Shown one piece after another: positions 49,994 to 63,500 of a DNA stretch of 64,000 bases (positions are counted from its first letter, which is position 1; every line of letters begins with the position of its first letter). Under the pieces are notes generated by a model. That model made no database searches. It was not told the DNA's origin and saw nothing but the letters and a program-made list of their open reading frames with translations. This DNA is from Microthyrium microscopicum (lineage: Eukaryota): the NCBI GenBank assembly GCA_010405405.1, contig MU004231.1, positions 4,142,884 through 4,206,883 on the forward strand. Reading direction: 5' to 3'. The position numbers and the translations under genes are program-made.

Positions 49994-50327
49994 TCTATCG
50001 CCGAGTACCATTTTTGTGCCAAACATACAAATAATGTAATCAATAATAGACATAATCCAAGTCATTGTACCAAGCGCAAGGGAAAGAAGCTATCGAATCT
50101 CATACATATTGATCACCCATTAAAATACCACATACTCAAGCACCAGGAAATAGTCAAAAATGTAAACAATAATAGCATTAAACCCAGCCAAAGCGATCGC
50201 ACTGATTCACTTCAACATAAAACGCTACCAATAACCATACTCCCTACCAATGCATAAACTTCGTTACTTCTTCCCAAAATCACTTCAGTACAATATCAAT
50301 ACATCTACCCCCTTTTCACACAGCGCT

Positions 50328-53300
50328 TCATACACACTCCCACTCTGCAAAAACACACCACCTCGCACTCCGATCTGCCAACACCAATCCTCTCCACGTC
50401 CCTCGCTCACCGACCTTGATCACCGTCTCCCACTCACTGCCTTCCGCCGCTCCCTCACTCTTCCCGCCTACCGTCTCCACCTTTCTCGTCAGCCGTATTA
50501 TCTTGCCACTTGGCGTCTGCACTGCCAACTTCGCTGGTTTGATGCCTCCTGAACCGGTGGTGGATCCACTGGACGTGCTGGAAGGGTTACTGTATGCGCT
50601 GCCGGAGGCACTTATCGACGCCATGCTCATTGCTGAGGCTGGGCGCACGATTTGATTGCCCATTGGGTTTGGTGATGGTGCTCGTGTGGATCCGAGGATG
50701 GGTGAGCGGGTTAGACTGGATGGATGCTGGCGTACGCAGAAGACGAAGGTGTTGTTGGCTGTTAGGCGAGCGCATTGGGGTTGGGCGATGTAGAGATCGT
50801 GTCGTTGGGCGTGGGGAGTTGGGTGGCGGGTTAGGAATGAGTATGGCGGATTTTGGCCTGTGTGGAATATTGGGAGGGCGAGTGCTAGGGGATGGGGATT
50901 GGATTTTATTGAATGCTATGATCGTGTTAGTAAAGCGAATGATGGAATGATTGGAAAGGGTGAGCTTACCATAAGGCCACGCTTGCCAGCGTAGATTTTG
51001 AGCACTCCTTGACCTTCATCGCTGGGTAGGACGGCTTTGATGGTGAAGCGTTTGCGGCCGGCGAACCATTCTGCTTGTGAGAGGGCAGGTTTTCGGACGA
51101 CATCGCCGCTCTCGAAGAGATCACCGTCTGCGTCTCTAGCGAAGGCGCGGACTTCAAGCTCGGCGATGAGTTCGATGTCATCCCGGACGAAGAAGTGTAG
51201 GTGGGTGAGTTCGAGATTGTCGAGATGTAGAGAGCTGGTATCAAAGTCGTAGATCTCAATATTGTTGCGGAAGTATGGCGGACAAGCGCATGGCAGCGAA
51301 AGAAGGACTTCTGGCGCCATGGGCGGCACCATATGCTGGTGTTCTGGATGTATGGGGACGTGTGTATAACAGATCTCCGTCGGTCGAGCGAGGAACCACC
51401 ACGACTCTGCCATCTGCGCGCTCGTCGTCGAGTATTGTGTTCTCCGAGGATTCGTAGGACTGGCCAACGAGCAGTCCATTATACGCCATTCTCCATCGAC
51501 AATGACCGTATTCCACCAGTGATTTGGCCGCGCCATTAGATCGATATCCAGCATTTCTCCCGGCACCTTCAAGTAGCCACGCACAACCTCAACATGCACC
51601 CCAATTGCCGCACACATCTCGGCAACCAGCAGTGCAATTTCTTGCGTACACCCCCTTTTCGTCGCAAGCACGCGTCGAACATTCATCTCGCCTTCAAAGT
51701 CCTCCTCCCACGAGATCCGCTCGCTAACCCACGTGAAAATCGCTCTCAACCGTTGCACATCACTGCGATACGGCCGACATAAGTATCCCTGTACCAGCGA
51801 CATAACAGTCGTACTCGGCGGTAGATTCGCCACAAAGCGCGCACTCTTATCCACCATCCCCAAATTACACACCGTAAAGTCCGTCGGCTCCACCACCGGC
51901 AGCCCATCCAGTCCCTCATCGCCCTCCACACACTGCAATAGCTCTTCAACTGGCGCAATTACGGGTATATCCAGCATCTGGCACCGTTCTGCGCGCTCAC
52001 GGCGCTCATTCTTGCTTAGCGAGTTGGACCGGTGCACATCACGCCGCACCTGCACCCAATCCATTGTACCACCCAGCCCCATCTCGCGCGCCGCACTAGA
52101 TTGTGGACGTGCAGACTGCACTGCCATGCCGCCCGCGATGCCGACCATACTCGAATTGGCGTGTTTGCCGAACTTGACAGGGCTGCCTGCCCGACTACCA
52201 GGGCGACTGTGATTTCCAGCAGCAGAGATTGTGCTACGGGCAGTGGCGGCAGATGCGCGCGCAGAGTCCATCATTTTGCGGAAGAAGCCGCTTTTGCGTG
52301 GACTCGGAGTTCCTAGACCGCCGTGTAGACCGTCACCGGGTAATGCGACTTGGGCGTGTGTGGCGTGGCTGGAGTGGAAAGATGGACCGGAGAGTACGGA
52401 TTCGGGACGATTGCCGCTGGTGAAGCTGACGTTACTGCTAGACACGAAATCTACTGAGCTTTGTGGGCGAAGAGGTTTGCCGTTGATTTGGCCGAGTTTC
52501 TTGTTGTAAAATGTGCCAGCGCTGGCACTAGACATACCGCCGGCGGATGTGCCGCTCCAGAGAGTGTGGTTTGTGCTATTGCTGCTGTTAGTAGTGGTGG
52601 TTGCTGAAGATTTGAGGGTGAATGTTCGGCCTAGTGCAGCAGTCGCTAGTTCGTAGGCAGATTTTTGTTTCTTGAGTTTACGTGATCCTTTACGGCTGCT
52701 GAGTGCTGAGAAGGGCCGTTGTATTTGTTCGCGGAGGTTGTAGTTGGAGTTCTTTTCGGGAATTGGTGGTTTCAGCTCTTCGTCTTCTTGATCATCGCGT
52801 TCTTCCCAGCCGGAGTTTTGGAGCTCTCTAAGCCTCTTTTCCATCCGGGGGATATAGTCGTCAAGTTGACTTCCCGCTCCATCTCGCTGCCCATCCGAGT
52901 CTCCGTCTACAGTATGGTAGCCAGAATCTATTTGCGTAGTCGCCATGGACGTGTGAGGTCTTCGAACCCGTGTTCCGACTTGTGCATCTGCGCCATATAA
53001 TTTCTCATAGTCATCAGGACCCCATATGCTGCCCTGCGGAAAGTCTTGGTGCTGTTCAGGTTGTGCGGGCTCTTGTGCACCAGCTAGTGTCATGTCTTGG
53101 AATGTATCCATAATGTCATTGAACGCAGAAGTAAAAGGCGACGGAGTGTTTTTCCCTTGCCGATCTCCGCGCTCAGGATTCGGAGTGCGTGGTGCATTGC
53201 CATAAGCTTCCTGGGCCATGGGATTAGGAGAAGGCGCTCTGCTGTTAGCATAACGATGTTGTGGCGGAGGTGGCGGTGGAGGAGAAGCTTCTTGGGCCAT

Positions 53301-54078
53301 ATAAGGATTCGGAGATGGAGCCCTTGAGCCATAATGCATCATAGCAGGTGACGGTCCTCGTGAATAAGGTCGCCCCATGGGCGAAGGTGCTCTCGAATAC
53401 TGTGGCATAGGCGATGGTGGGCCTCTAGAATATGGCCGTGGCACTGCAGGTGAGACTCGTCCAGAGTGTAGATTGCTTCGCGAATATTGATGTCGTGGAG
53501 TAGGTTCATAGACTTGCGACATTGGCCTGTTTTGACCCATCCGTGATCCACCTCTCTCGACATTACTTCTTGCCATTGACGAATACGGTCGGCGCGAACC
53601 ACTGCCATTTTGAGTCCCATTACGTGCTCTATCCACCAATGAACCACCATTCTTTATCGCGACCTCCCGCGCCGCAGCCTCTGGATTCGGTGACGGCGCC
53701 TCCGAATATGCCTGAAACGGCTTTCTCCAAGTCTTACTTTTCTGCAGTTTATCTTTGGCGGGTGTTTGGGCGGGTGGTAAGGGGCTAGGACTTCGCGATG
53801 CCGGCTGGTAGGATTCATCGAGGACTTTGACAAAGTTTGAAGGGAAAACGCCGACCATTCGAGGATCGCGACGGAGACGGCCAGTCCACCAAGAGCCGTC
53901 GCCGGCATTGAGGCATTCGATCAGGTCACCTTCTATGAAACCAAGATCTCGTTTAGTCTATGAAGGTTAGCTTGATTAAGATGTTGAGATTCTGATTGAA
54001 TACCTCGCCACCCCAGGAATATACAGCTTGAACCCAACATGGGAACCGCATAGGTAAACCCGGTGGAGCGGGTACCAT
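50328..54078 (-). CDS. CYK3: Cytokinesis protein Cyk3 (SH3 + transglutaminase-like domain); 3 exons
   Basis: FPCWVQAVYSWGGE|TKRDLGFIEGD..GSWW..GVFPSNFV SH3; VQRLRAIFTW, VRGYLK, NHWWN..IMDCSLA; terminal WCVFAEWECV*. Confidence 0.94.
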
Positions 54079-54717
54079 GGTGAGTTTCCGCTCGATAAAT
54101 AGTAATGTGATGCGACGATTGTGTAGACGTGGAGTAGGTTTTTCTTGGGCGCAGATCAAAGGGAGTTTATGAATGATGGAAATGCGCTTGAGAATGAATG
54201 TGAAGAATGACCAGGAGCAACAAGCGAAAAAGCTTTGAGCAATGGATTGAGACGTTGGCGATGTTGAGGACGGGGATCGTGGTGGAGCTAGGAGATGTTT
54301 ACCTAGTGTGTTGTTCGGGAGTCGTACGGGGCAACCCGCTCTACTGACCATTGTCGCTTGCTTGCAGAAAATTATTGAAAACACCATCGCCATCACCAAC
54401 TTCCGACTTCCGTTCTTGATGTCAAAAGCCTTTGCTTGCCAGCATTGGAATTGCTTTATTATTTCGTTCTGATACCTTCCTTGATGTATATTAACTTTCA
54501 AGTCCCGACAAGAACAACGTGTGCACCTGCCGCATATGCCCCATAAGCATTTTTGGAAATCCTCATCTGCACCTTTTGAAGAAAGAGGAATATCGCTGAT
54601 TATTCCGAAATAAAAAATCAGAGCATATCAATACATACTGACCTTTACATCAAACCAGCCAGTCATCTACATTTGATCTTCATTAACCAAACATACAGTA
54701 CAAGATCTATATACAAT

Positions 54718-55829
54718 CTATAGCTTAGCCTGACCATCAGCCGACCACAAACTCTGGTTCTTCTGCAACGTCTCAATCGCTTCCTTCTCAATCCGCTTAA
54801 TCAACACATCGCAAGTAGGCACATCATGAATCAACCCAATAACCTGACCAGCCGTCCAAACACCATAATCGACATCTCCGTTGACGAAAACTTGTCGTCC
54901 ACGCTGTCCACTCATATACTGACCAATACCGCTCTTTCCAAAATCACCCGTCGTATCCTCCTGTTCAACCTTGAGCGCAGCCTTGGCTACCTTGTTGCCA
55001 TACAATCTGCTTGTATTCCGCCATTTGCGCAACACCAGCGCTGTGTCCGTCTCTTGCGCTTTGACAATCTCATCTTTAATATTCTGATGAATCGGTGCCT
55101 CCACCGTACACATAAAGCGTGTCCCCATATTGATTCCTTCCGCACCTAGCGCCAACGCCGCCGCAAGACCCTGCCCATCCGCAAACCCTCCACTCGCAAT
55201 AAACGGCACACCTCCCAAACTCTGACGCGCACGACTCAGCAGGATAAAATTGGTGATATCGCTCTCGCCCACATGGCCAGCACACTCAAAGCCATCAATG
55301 CTCAAAAAGTCAACGCCGAGCTTAACAGCAGACTGTGCGTGGCGGATGGTGGTGCACTTGTGCAAGATTGTAATGCCCGCCTTCTTGAGCTCGCGGATCA
55401 CTGGGCCGGGCGAGTTGCCGGCGGTCTCGACGATGCGGATGCCTTCTTCGATGATGACGCGGGTGTAGGCGCCGTAGTCTGGGGGCGCGAGGGCGGGGAG
55501 GAGGGTGATGTTTACGCCAAAGGGCTTTTGGGTCATGGTGCGGCATTTGCGGATTTCTTTGCGGAGATCTTCGGGGGTGGGTTGCGTGAGGGCTGTGATC
55601 TAGGGAGATATGTGAGCGCTGGGTCGGATCTGGGAGTGTAGAGAAACACGAACTAGTCCGAGACCGCCGGCGTTGCTGACGGCGCTGGCGAGTTCAGCGT
55701 AGCCAACCCATTGCATGCCGCCTTGGACGATGGGGACTGTGATATTGTTAGTATTGGCACATGTCAGTAGCGTAGTAAGATCTGACCTGCGATGCCCAGC
55801 TTGCGAGTGAGGGCGGTATTGAAAGGCAT
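54718..55829 (-). CDS. Nitronate monooxygenase / 2-nitropropane dioxygenase family flavoprotein with PTS1 (AKL); 3 exons
   Basis: PIVQGGMQWVG, VSNAGGLG, KPFGVN, DGFECAGH, ASGGFADG, GINMGTRF, AGQVIGLI; ends GQAKL*. Confidence 0.93.
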
Positions 55830-56567
55830 GACGGCGGTGTATGCAACGAAGGATATGGAGTATGCACGATGTCCTTTCAAGCGACAGGTAGTAAGGATAC
55901 AGAAGGAGTGTGTATAGGGAGAGGAAAAGCGGGTGGAATGGTGTTGCAAAACCCCAGTTCCCCAGATATTAAACCGCGGCTAAGCTCAAAGGCGTGGCGG
56001 GCCTGTAACCCCACATGAGGAAGGTGCAGCCAATGACGGTTCATTAAAGCCGAGGCTTTTCATCTTCAAGATGACAATGATTACTTTCTAAGACTATTAT
56101 ACTCACCATGGGCTCTGCTTCCATAAAATATTTGTAAAAGTTTCTGCAGATCGGACAATTGTCAATACGACTTTCAAAACATGCACCGTTATTTCTGTCT
56201 TTATGCCATTGAATATGCGACTCAACATCTACCGATATATCGATATTGATATCACGGAGAACTCTCGGAACCAAACAATTCACATGGTTCAATAATATCA
56301 AAAGACAAGAAAATCAAAAACTTTTATTCATTAATGCGTCCCCAATGCCACCAGCAATGCAGTTTCCTTCCACCAGATATTCCATATCCCCATCCGTTTT
56401 TAACATGCTAGAGAGTAGATTAAACCCAAGTTCCCCAATTTTTATACACGTAAACGTGCTTCAAAGAATACCGAAATCGCTATATCAAGATGCATGGACA
56501 AGTGCGAAATCAACTTTTAGTTGTTGACCTTTGCTTGTTCAGGTCTTCTGCGTGGCATTCCAGCCTT

Positions 56568-57835
56568 TCATTGCGGCCCAGCTCCCATTTCCAATACCTG
56601 GACTGCGCGTTCCAGGTCATCTTCCATTACCATCACTGCGCCGGCTTTTGTTGTGCTTAGATACGCCATTTCGACCGGGCCAGTGATATCTGTTTTCGTA
56701 GCATCGACAAGTCTTCCGGCAATACCGCAGACGATACCGGTGCTTTCCAGCGGAAGGGTGCGCAGATCCAAGATGATGGGAATCAAAGTGTCGGACGTTG
56801 TGCCCATCAGTAAGCTCTGATCATATTGTGCGCGGCCTGGGGATGTGCGGCCATTAGTGTTGGCTGAGCTGGGTAGCTCAAACAGTGGGAGGGAGCGCGT
56901 TTCTAGGAGCAAGCTGGGTGATTCTCCTTCGGAAAGGGTCAGGCTGAAGAAGTTGGGTGTGCAGAGGAGGGTTTTGATGATGGCGAGTAGTAGGGCGTGT
57001 TCTTGCCGCTTGTCGTCTTTGCCAGCACATTGCACGAGACGTGTCTCCTTGTTTACAGATGGCACGACGTTACGTTTATGGAGGGTGTTGAAAGTTCGCA
57101 CTTGGAGCTCTGAGAGTGTAGATGGAGGCGGTGTGCCGGGTGCGAGGAATTGCGAGCCGCTGCTGTCGGAAGAGGCGGTGTTGGGGCGGTTGACGTATGC
57201 TTGGCTAGAGTGTTGGTTGATTCGGCCCCAGTCATGCTCGCTGAGTTCGAAGCCTTGGGACTTGAGGGCAGCGATCACAGCGGCTTGGGAGCGACGGGGG
57301 CAGATGATGTAGTCGCTAAAGTAGGTGGTGATGAAAAAGATGGAGATTCCAGCCAGGGCGAGAGGTGTGGTAAGGTCGATTACGCGTTGAGATGGGGAGC
57401 TGCCGGAGCCGGAGACGAACATTAGGATATAATCATCAGGGGCAATAGTGACTGAAGCATCTTTGCCTTCGGTGTTCAATGAGCTGAGAAGGGGTCGAAA
57501 GAGAGAGTTTGCCAATTCTTTGGGGAGAACGACAGAGGCTTCTACTGGATTGATGGAGATGTTGAGAAATGGGAGATCCTGGGCATTTCCAGATTCCGGT
57601 AGGAGCAATCGGAGGATTGGGTGAATACATTGGCTGTAGAGTTCGATTGGAATATGCACCAAGGACAGTTGAACATCCTGTTGCACAATTAGCTATGACA
57701 ACAAGAAAGATGATACCATCGACGCTCTCATCTATTGGGACCAAGAGTAGGGGCAAGGAATGATGTAGGCTTTGAAAACAGACTACTTACTATAAATTGG
57801 ATTTGTGCATTGAGAATAGAAGTCGAGTCCTCCAT
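56568..57835 (-). CDS. CASTOR/GATS-like tandem ACT-domain protein; 2 exons
   Basis: MEDSTSILNAQIQFI|DVQLSLVHIP; FLNISINPVEAS; PLALAGISIFFITTYFSDYI; FFSLTL..SPSLLL; LPLESTGIVCGIAGRL..YLST. Confidence 0.8.
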
Positions 57836-60576
57836 GACTACATCTGATAATGATGAAGAATTTGTTTTTGAACAGTGGCTTGGTTTAAGTGAATTGGAAT
57901 ATCACTTCAATCTGTACCAATGGTCAGCTCAATCTTCACAAAAGTCGTCAAGCGAGACATGCATGGCATTGAATTTCTTTGAAGTCAATGGATATGAGTC
58001 ACGATACTGCTAGTTCAGACAAAATCCGTGCCGTAACTAGCCACATGTCTATCCGAATGAAAACAATACAAAACAGAAACAGTGACCGAAATAAATCAAA
58101 AGTACAACTCCCAGGGCGCAAGATTCCAAACTAGGAGAGATATCATACCTTGCCTGAAAGCTCAACGATTGATATGTTCCTGTCCAACGGGCCAATGGCT
58201 CGTGCGAGTCTTGAAGTTCATCGGCAAAGTTGGTTCTTTGAATGTTTCTTGAAATAGTTCCTAGTGCCAAGAGACGTCTATTTGACTACGTTTCTCTCGG
58301 TGACCGAGCGTTGCATTGAACAGCCGGCGCACAAGATGGTATATGGACAGATATTACGAGCACACCCCGACGTACGATGATGGCATCTGTCTGCACCCGG
58401 CGAACTGGAGCGAAAAAGTGGGGGTGGGTTTTCTGGGGGTTGTTGTTTTTGATTTATTCCAGCCGGAAAACACGGTTGGTAAGGAATTGTCGATGGTAGT
58501 TATACGATCTTTGGAATGGTGAGACGCAAGGTTAACTGAGTCGTTGGTCAGACGGTCTTGTCCGATTGATGGTGTAGTAATTGATGGAAGGCCTGGAAGG
58601 AAGGAGGAAGAGTGAAGTTAAGGTAAAGTTTTTTTTCTTCAGCTTCTCAGCACAACACCAGTACCTTTCTGAATGATTTGAACTAGTGATCGGGCTGATA
58701 GTGGCGGGTATTAGATGCCCAGTGGAGACAGTCTACGCGATAATGGGAAGAGGAAAAAGTTGTCTAGGCTGGGCGGAGCCAGACACCTTGTCTGCTGCTA
58801 TCAAAACCTTGCCAGGGACTGTCTTCTTTTTCCCATCGCAATTGTAACGAAAAGAAAGGACGGAAGGAAAGATGGAATTACGCGTGCTACTCTACTCAGA
58901 TATCAAGCTAAAGACCGAACGATCGTCAACAACCCCATATCAGCAGTAAGCTTGCGTTGTTTCTCAGAGAGATTCCCCCGATTGGGACGGTTTACAATGG
59001 ATCTACAAAGATGCTTAGGCTGACAGTATTTGCATGAATGAAATCGAGGCCACCGGCCAACACACCAACAAAACACCATGCAAAAGGCTGGATGCTTTCT
59101 TCAGTACTGCTCCCTGTCTGCATCTCGCCTGGTTTTTTTTGCGGGGTATCGCGGCACACTTGTGGTTCAGCAGATTGCTTTTTCCTCTCTCCCCAGATCA
59201 CCAATATTCAGACTCCAGAACCTTTAACCTCCATCTCCATCTCCAACTCCATCTCCCTATTCAATAAGGGCAGTTCCATAGACAGCTCTAGAGAATGCTA
59301 GCAGAAGATGGCGGCATTTTGAACCATCCATGCAATCAACCCTCCAAGAAAACCGCCCCGACATTCGCCCTTCAACGTGGATCAATCGGCATCTTCTCTC
59401 CTCTTTCAATCCCCAGCGTCTTCGGTCTGCAAAGGGTCTTCCCGCCCAATGACTTGCATGCTCCTGCAGCACTCAACTCAGCCAGCCACCCTGCTAACTA
59501 CATCTTCCAACTGCCACAACATATCCGTTCTCGGCATACTCAGACTACCTCGTAGATTTCGACATCATGCTAGTAGCATGCGTAGAAGTATCATCACTAA
59601 CAACAGAGCACAGTCCAAGGCTAGAGTACAGGTAGCTTTACTAAGATACCCAACACCTTGTTTCCGCAAATTATCTCCATCTCAGACACTCAGTACCAGG
59701 ACGCTGGATAAACGAATAGGCACTTCTCCCGCCCTCCCCGAGCCATGGGAAACTCGACGCGCAAGAGTACAGAAATAGGCAAAAGAGTTACAAAGTTGCC
59801 AGGTACCCCAGCAAACCACCGGTAAATGTTCAATTGACCCAACTTGCCTTGCTTGCCTTGCTTGCCCAAGACCACCAGCGTACATAGCGTTAAAGAGTGG
59901 CGTGGTTCGTGAACAACGACCTTGCATGCATCAATAGGGCGTGGGGGCGCATACGTAGTCGTGGGATGCGAGAGATGAAGGCAGCTGACCAGACCAGCAG
60001 GGCAAAGCAGGTAGGGAGCGAGATTGGCGATAGAAATGAGTTTGGGGCTTGACACATTTTGTATTGGTATGATGTTCGGAGAAAGAAGTTGGAGCTACGG
60101 GATAAGTTGGAATGAAATAGGTCATGCCTAGAACATTATCGTCTGAGAACGATTCTCTATGATCATAATAAGTGAGGTCTACAAGAATACTGAATGCGAT
60201 TGAAATGAAAGCAGTCCTGCTTTAAGAAGTGTTATATCAGATATCGGATTCGATGGCAGTATCTCCCAAAGTGCCCATTGATTCCACCATCAAAGACCAA
60301 TTTTATATTATACATATCGATTCAATTATTAGTTATTTATTCCTACACTAGAGTGTTCCTATATCCCACCTATGCCGCCCCAGTGGTATACCTCCCTATA
60401 CACTATAATCTCAACCAACGCCCAACACAAAAAGCTATGCAGGATATCAATCAGACTTTATGTATATGTTGCTGAACAACCCATTTCCCAAACAAACGAA
60501 ACGAAAGAAAAAACCGCCCTTCAAATGATCCATCCTCTCAACATCCTTATACCACATTCTTCGACAATCTACTTGT

Positions 60577-63500
60577 TTACTTCTTAATCCCCATCATCTT
60601 CCTAAATCGACTACCAAACTTCTTCTTACCCTCTGGCACCATCATCTTAGTATCCTGCTCAACGTCTGGTCCCTTGCCGTTGGCATCTACCAGTATCCGG
60701 TCATCAATCGGTGCTCCATTCGTGGTTGCTTCCGTCTGCAGTTGATTGCTTAGCACGTCGTTTGCTGAGCTGCGTCGTTGACCCATATCTATGCGTGCGC
60801 CGAGTGGCCGACGGTCCACTGGTCCATCTGCGCTAATTGGACGGTCGTTGAGATCGCCAAAACGCGGTGGTGCGAGTGGCCATTCGTTTTGTGTCGGCGC
60901 GAGTGGGGAGTTCTTGTTTCGCTTCTTACGTAGTAGTTTTGTTGCGCGCTGTGGGCTAGGTGTGATTGGCGACGCGGGTCTGGGTGATACTACGCGTGCT
61001 GGAGATGCTACGCGTGCTGGAGATGCTACGCGTGCTGGAGATGCTACGCGTGCTGGAGATGCTACGCGTGCTGGAGATGCTACCCGTGGCGGAGATGCTG
61101 AGACCGCGGGTACTGCTGGCACAGGAGGCACGGGTGGTGCATCTTTTGACGAGGGCTTTTGACCTCGATGTAAGAAGGACCAGCGTTTGTGGCTACTGGG
61201 CCGTTTGGGTGCGAATTTGCTGGAAGCCAGACCAGTGTCTACGACGCCAGGGCTGTGCGCCTTATCGACGTCTTGCACGGTTGGTACTGGAGGCATATCC
61301 AGGTCGCTGTCTTCGAGATCAGTTGAGTCGGCGTCATCGCGGCGACGTGGGATGCCACGGACTGGAGCAAGTCTGGGCGGCTGTGATGCTATAGGACTAG
61401 ATGGCATATCATCGTCAGAGTCGTCAAAGCGGCTGACAAACTGGCGGCGAGGGGTCACATCTTCGTCGCTATCACCGCCAAACCGGCTTTGTTGTATCTG
61501 CTGTGGCTGAGGAGCCTTCTTGTTGCTTCGCGTAAAAGGATTGAAGCGGGCCAAGCTTGAAGACCTACTCGAGGATCTCTTCTTGGGATTGTAGTTGTCG
61601 TCTGAGAACGACCGTGGAGGCATACTATTGCGCATAGATGGTCGCATTCGGACTTGAGCTGAACCTACTGGCGATACAGATCGAACGGAGAATGCTCGAT
61701 CATTATTGGATCGCACGGAGAATGGTCGACCATCATTCGGCGCTACATCCATACTTCCCGCGCGAAGGCTTTTCCGCATAGACATTTGTCCGAATCCGCG
61801 TGGTGATGCTGCTCTTTGTCGCTTGAAACTGCTTGCAGAATCCGCACTACCACTGCGACGTAGAGTTGGAGCTAGCACGTTCTGCTTTGGCTTATTCTGG
61901 CGCAATGTTCTAGTCTCTCGTGGCGATCCTGTAGTGGCACTTGGTGTATCTCTTAACGTATTTCTTGGACTCCATTTAGACTGCTGAAGTGACGAGCTTG
62001 CTTTGGAGTTGCTGGTAGCCTTGACCGGTTTGGTCCTTATTTGTCTAGACTCTGTTGATTTGGTCGGCTTGACGGGCTCCACATCCTCGTCGTTGTGTTC
62101 ATGGCCTTCACTGTTCAAACGAGCCTCATCTAACCTCTTCTCCAAAGTTATTGTGTCCACACTATCCATGCTGACCAATGGAGGCTTCGTTTCCTTATCT
62201 AGCGCCTTTGAAGCTTTGGAGACTTGCGCTGGCGTGGATTCTTCCAATATTCGATCAAGACTCGCAAACCCACCGTTGTCGAAATCTTCTTCAGCATCCT
62301 CATAAACACTGTCATCATCTTCAGAGGATGATTCGTTCGGCTCCTCAACGATCGTTTGTTTCGAGATGGTGGGTGTAACAAAGGTCACACTTGGCTTCTT
62401 TTCATGATGGGAAGACGAAGCAGTTTCAGGTTCTGCAAAAGTCTCTGGAAATGCGCCAGGAATAGCCCAATCTTCAATCTCGGTAGCGGGTGTTGGAGGT
62501 TGCAACGTAATATCTGGTGCTGTGAGAGCAATAGACACAGCGGTCGTGGTCGATTCTGCTTCCGCGGCTTGCTTTACAGGGTCAGCAATAGTAGAGGACT
62601 GTGCCGGCTCCTTTTCGAATGTGTTGGTCTCTGGCTGACGACCTTCGCCGCTTTCGTCATCAGAGGATTGAGCATTCTCTCCAGGAAGCAATGGGCTATG
62701 ATCTCCATCAAGATGTTTTGTCCCATCAGCATCTTCGCGCCTAGCTCCTTTTCCAGCAAGCAAGCTTTGTCTAAGAATGCCGTTAGATCCGGACTCTTTG
62801 GAGTCCGCGTGAGCACTCAATAGACCTCCAATCCTTTCATCTGCAGACGCCTCTGTCTGTTCACGGCTAGGGTCTCGAACACTTCCAAATGATGGTAGTG
62901 CTCGTCTTGGTTTCATGATTTCATCCAAATCCTCGTCAAAGGTGTGATGAAGTTTGACTGGCGTAGGCGGCGCATATCTCGAAGTTTTCATCCCATCAGA
63001 TCTCTCGGATTCTTCGCCTGGAGTGACTTCAAGATTGATTCTCACAGATTTCTTCCGCTTTGCCTCTGTAGGACTTTGCGCCCTGGGTGAGTCCAGTTTT
63101 GTTGGCACCAACATAGGCGATTGTCCTGCCTTTTTCAACGCCGACTTGGCTGGTGATGCTGTTCGCTCTGGAGGTATATGACGTTGACCGTTCATCAAGA
63201 CTGTTGCGCCATCAAAATGTGCTGCGCGTGGTGGACTCATTGAAGGCGTTCGTGATTTGGAGGTTCTCTGATTTTTATCTTTCACAGGACTTAGTTGTGT
63301 GGTGGGCAATTTGAAATTCTCTCCTATTTCCTCAGCATGACCTTGTGGTTTGTCCTGATGATTGCCATCTGTAAGAACATCCTGGTGTGAGAACTTTGCG
63401 CCAGTCATTTGTGTATCTCCATCACCCGCATTATCGTCGATTATAAGTAGTCGTTGCGATGGCTGAGGGGCTATCGGATCAACTGCAGTTGATTCACTCC

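Noticed and set aside
57900..60500. Short ORFs and simple repeats (ctccat, cttgc) between the CASTOR-like gene and the last gene
   Set aside because: No coding signature; treated as intergenic or UTR
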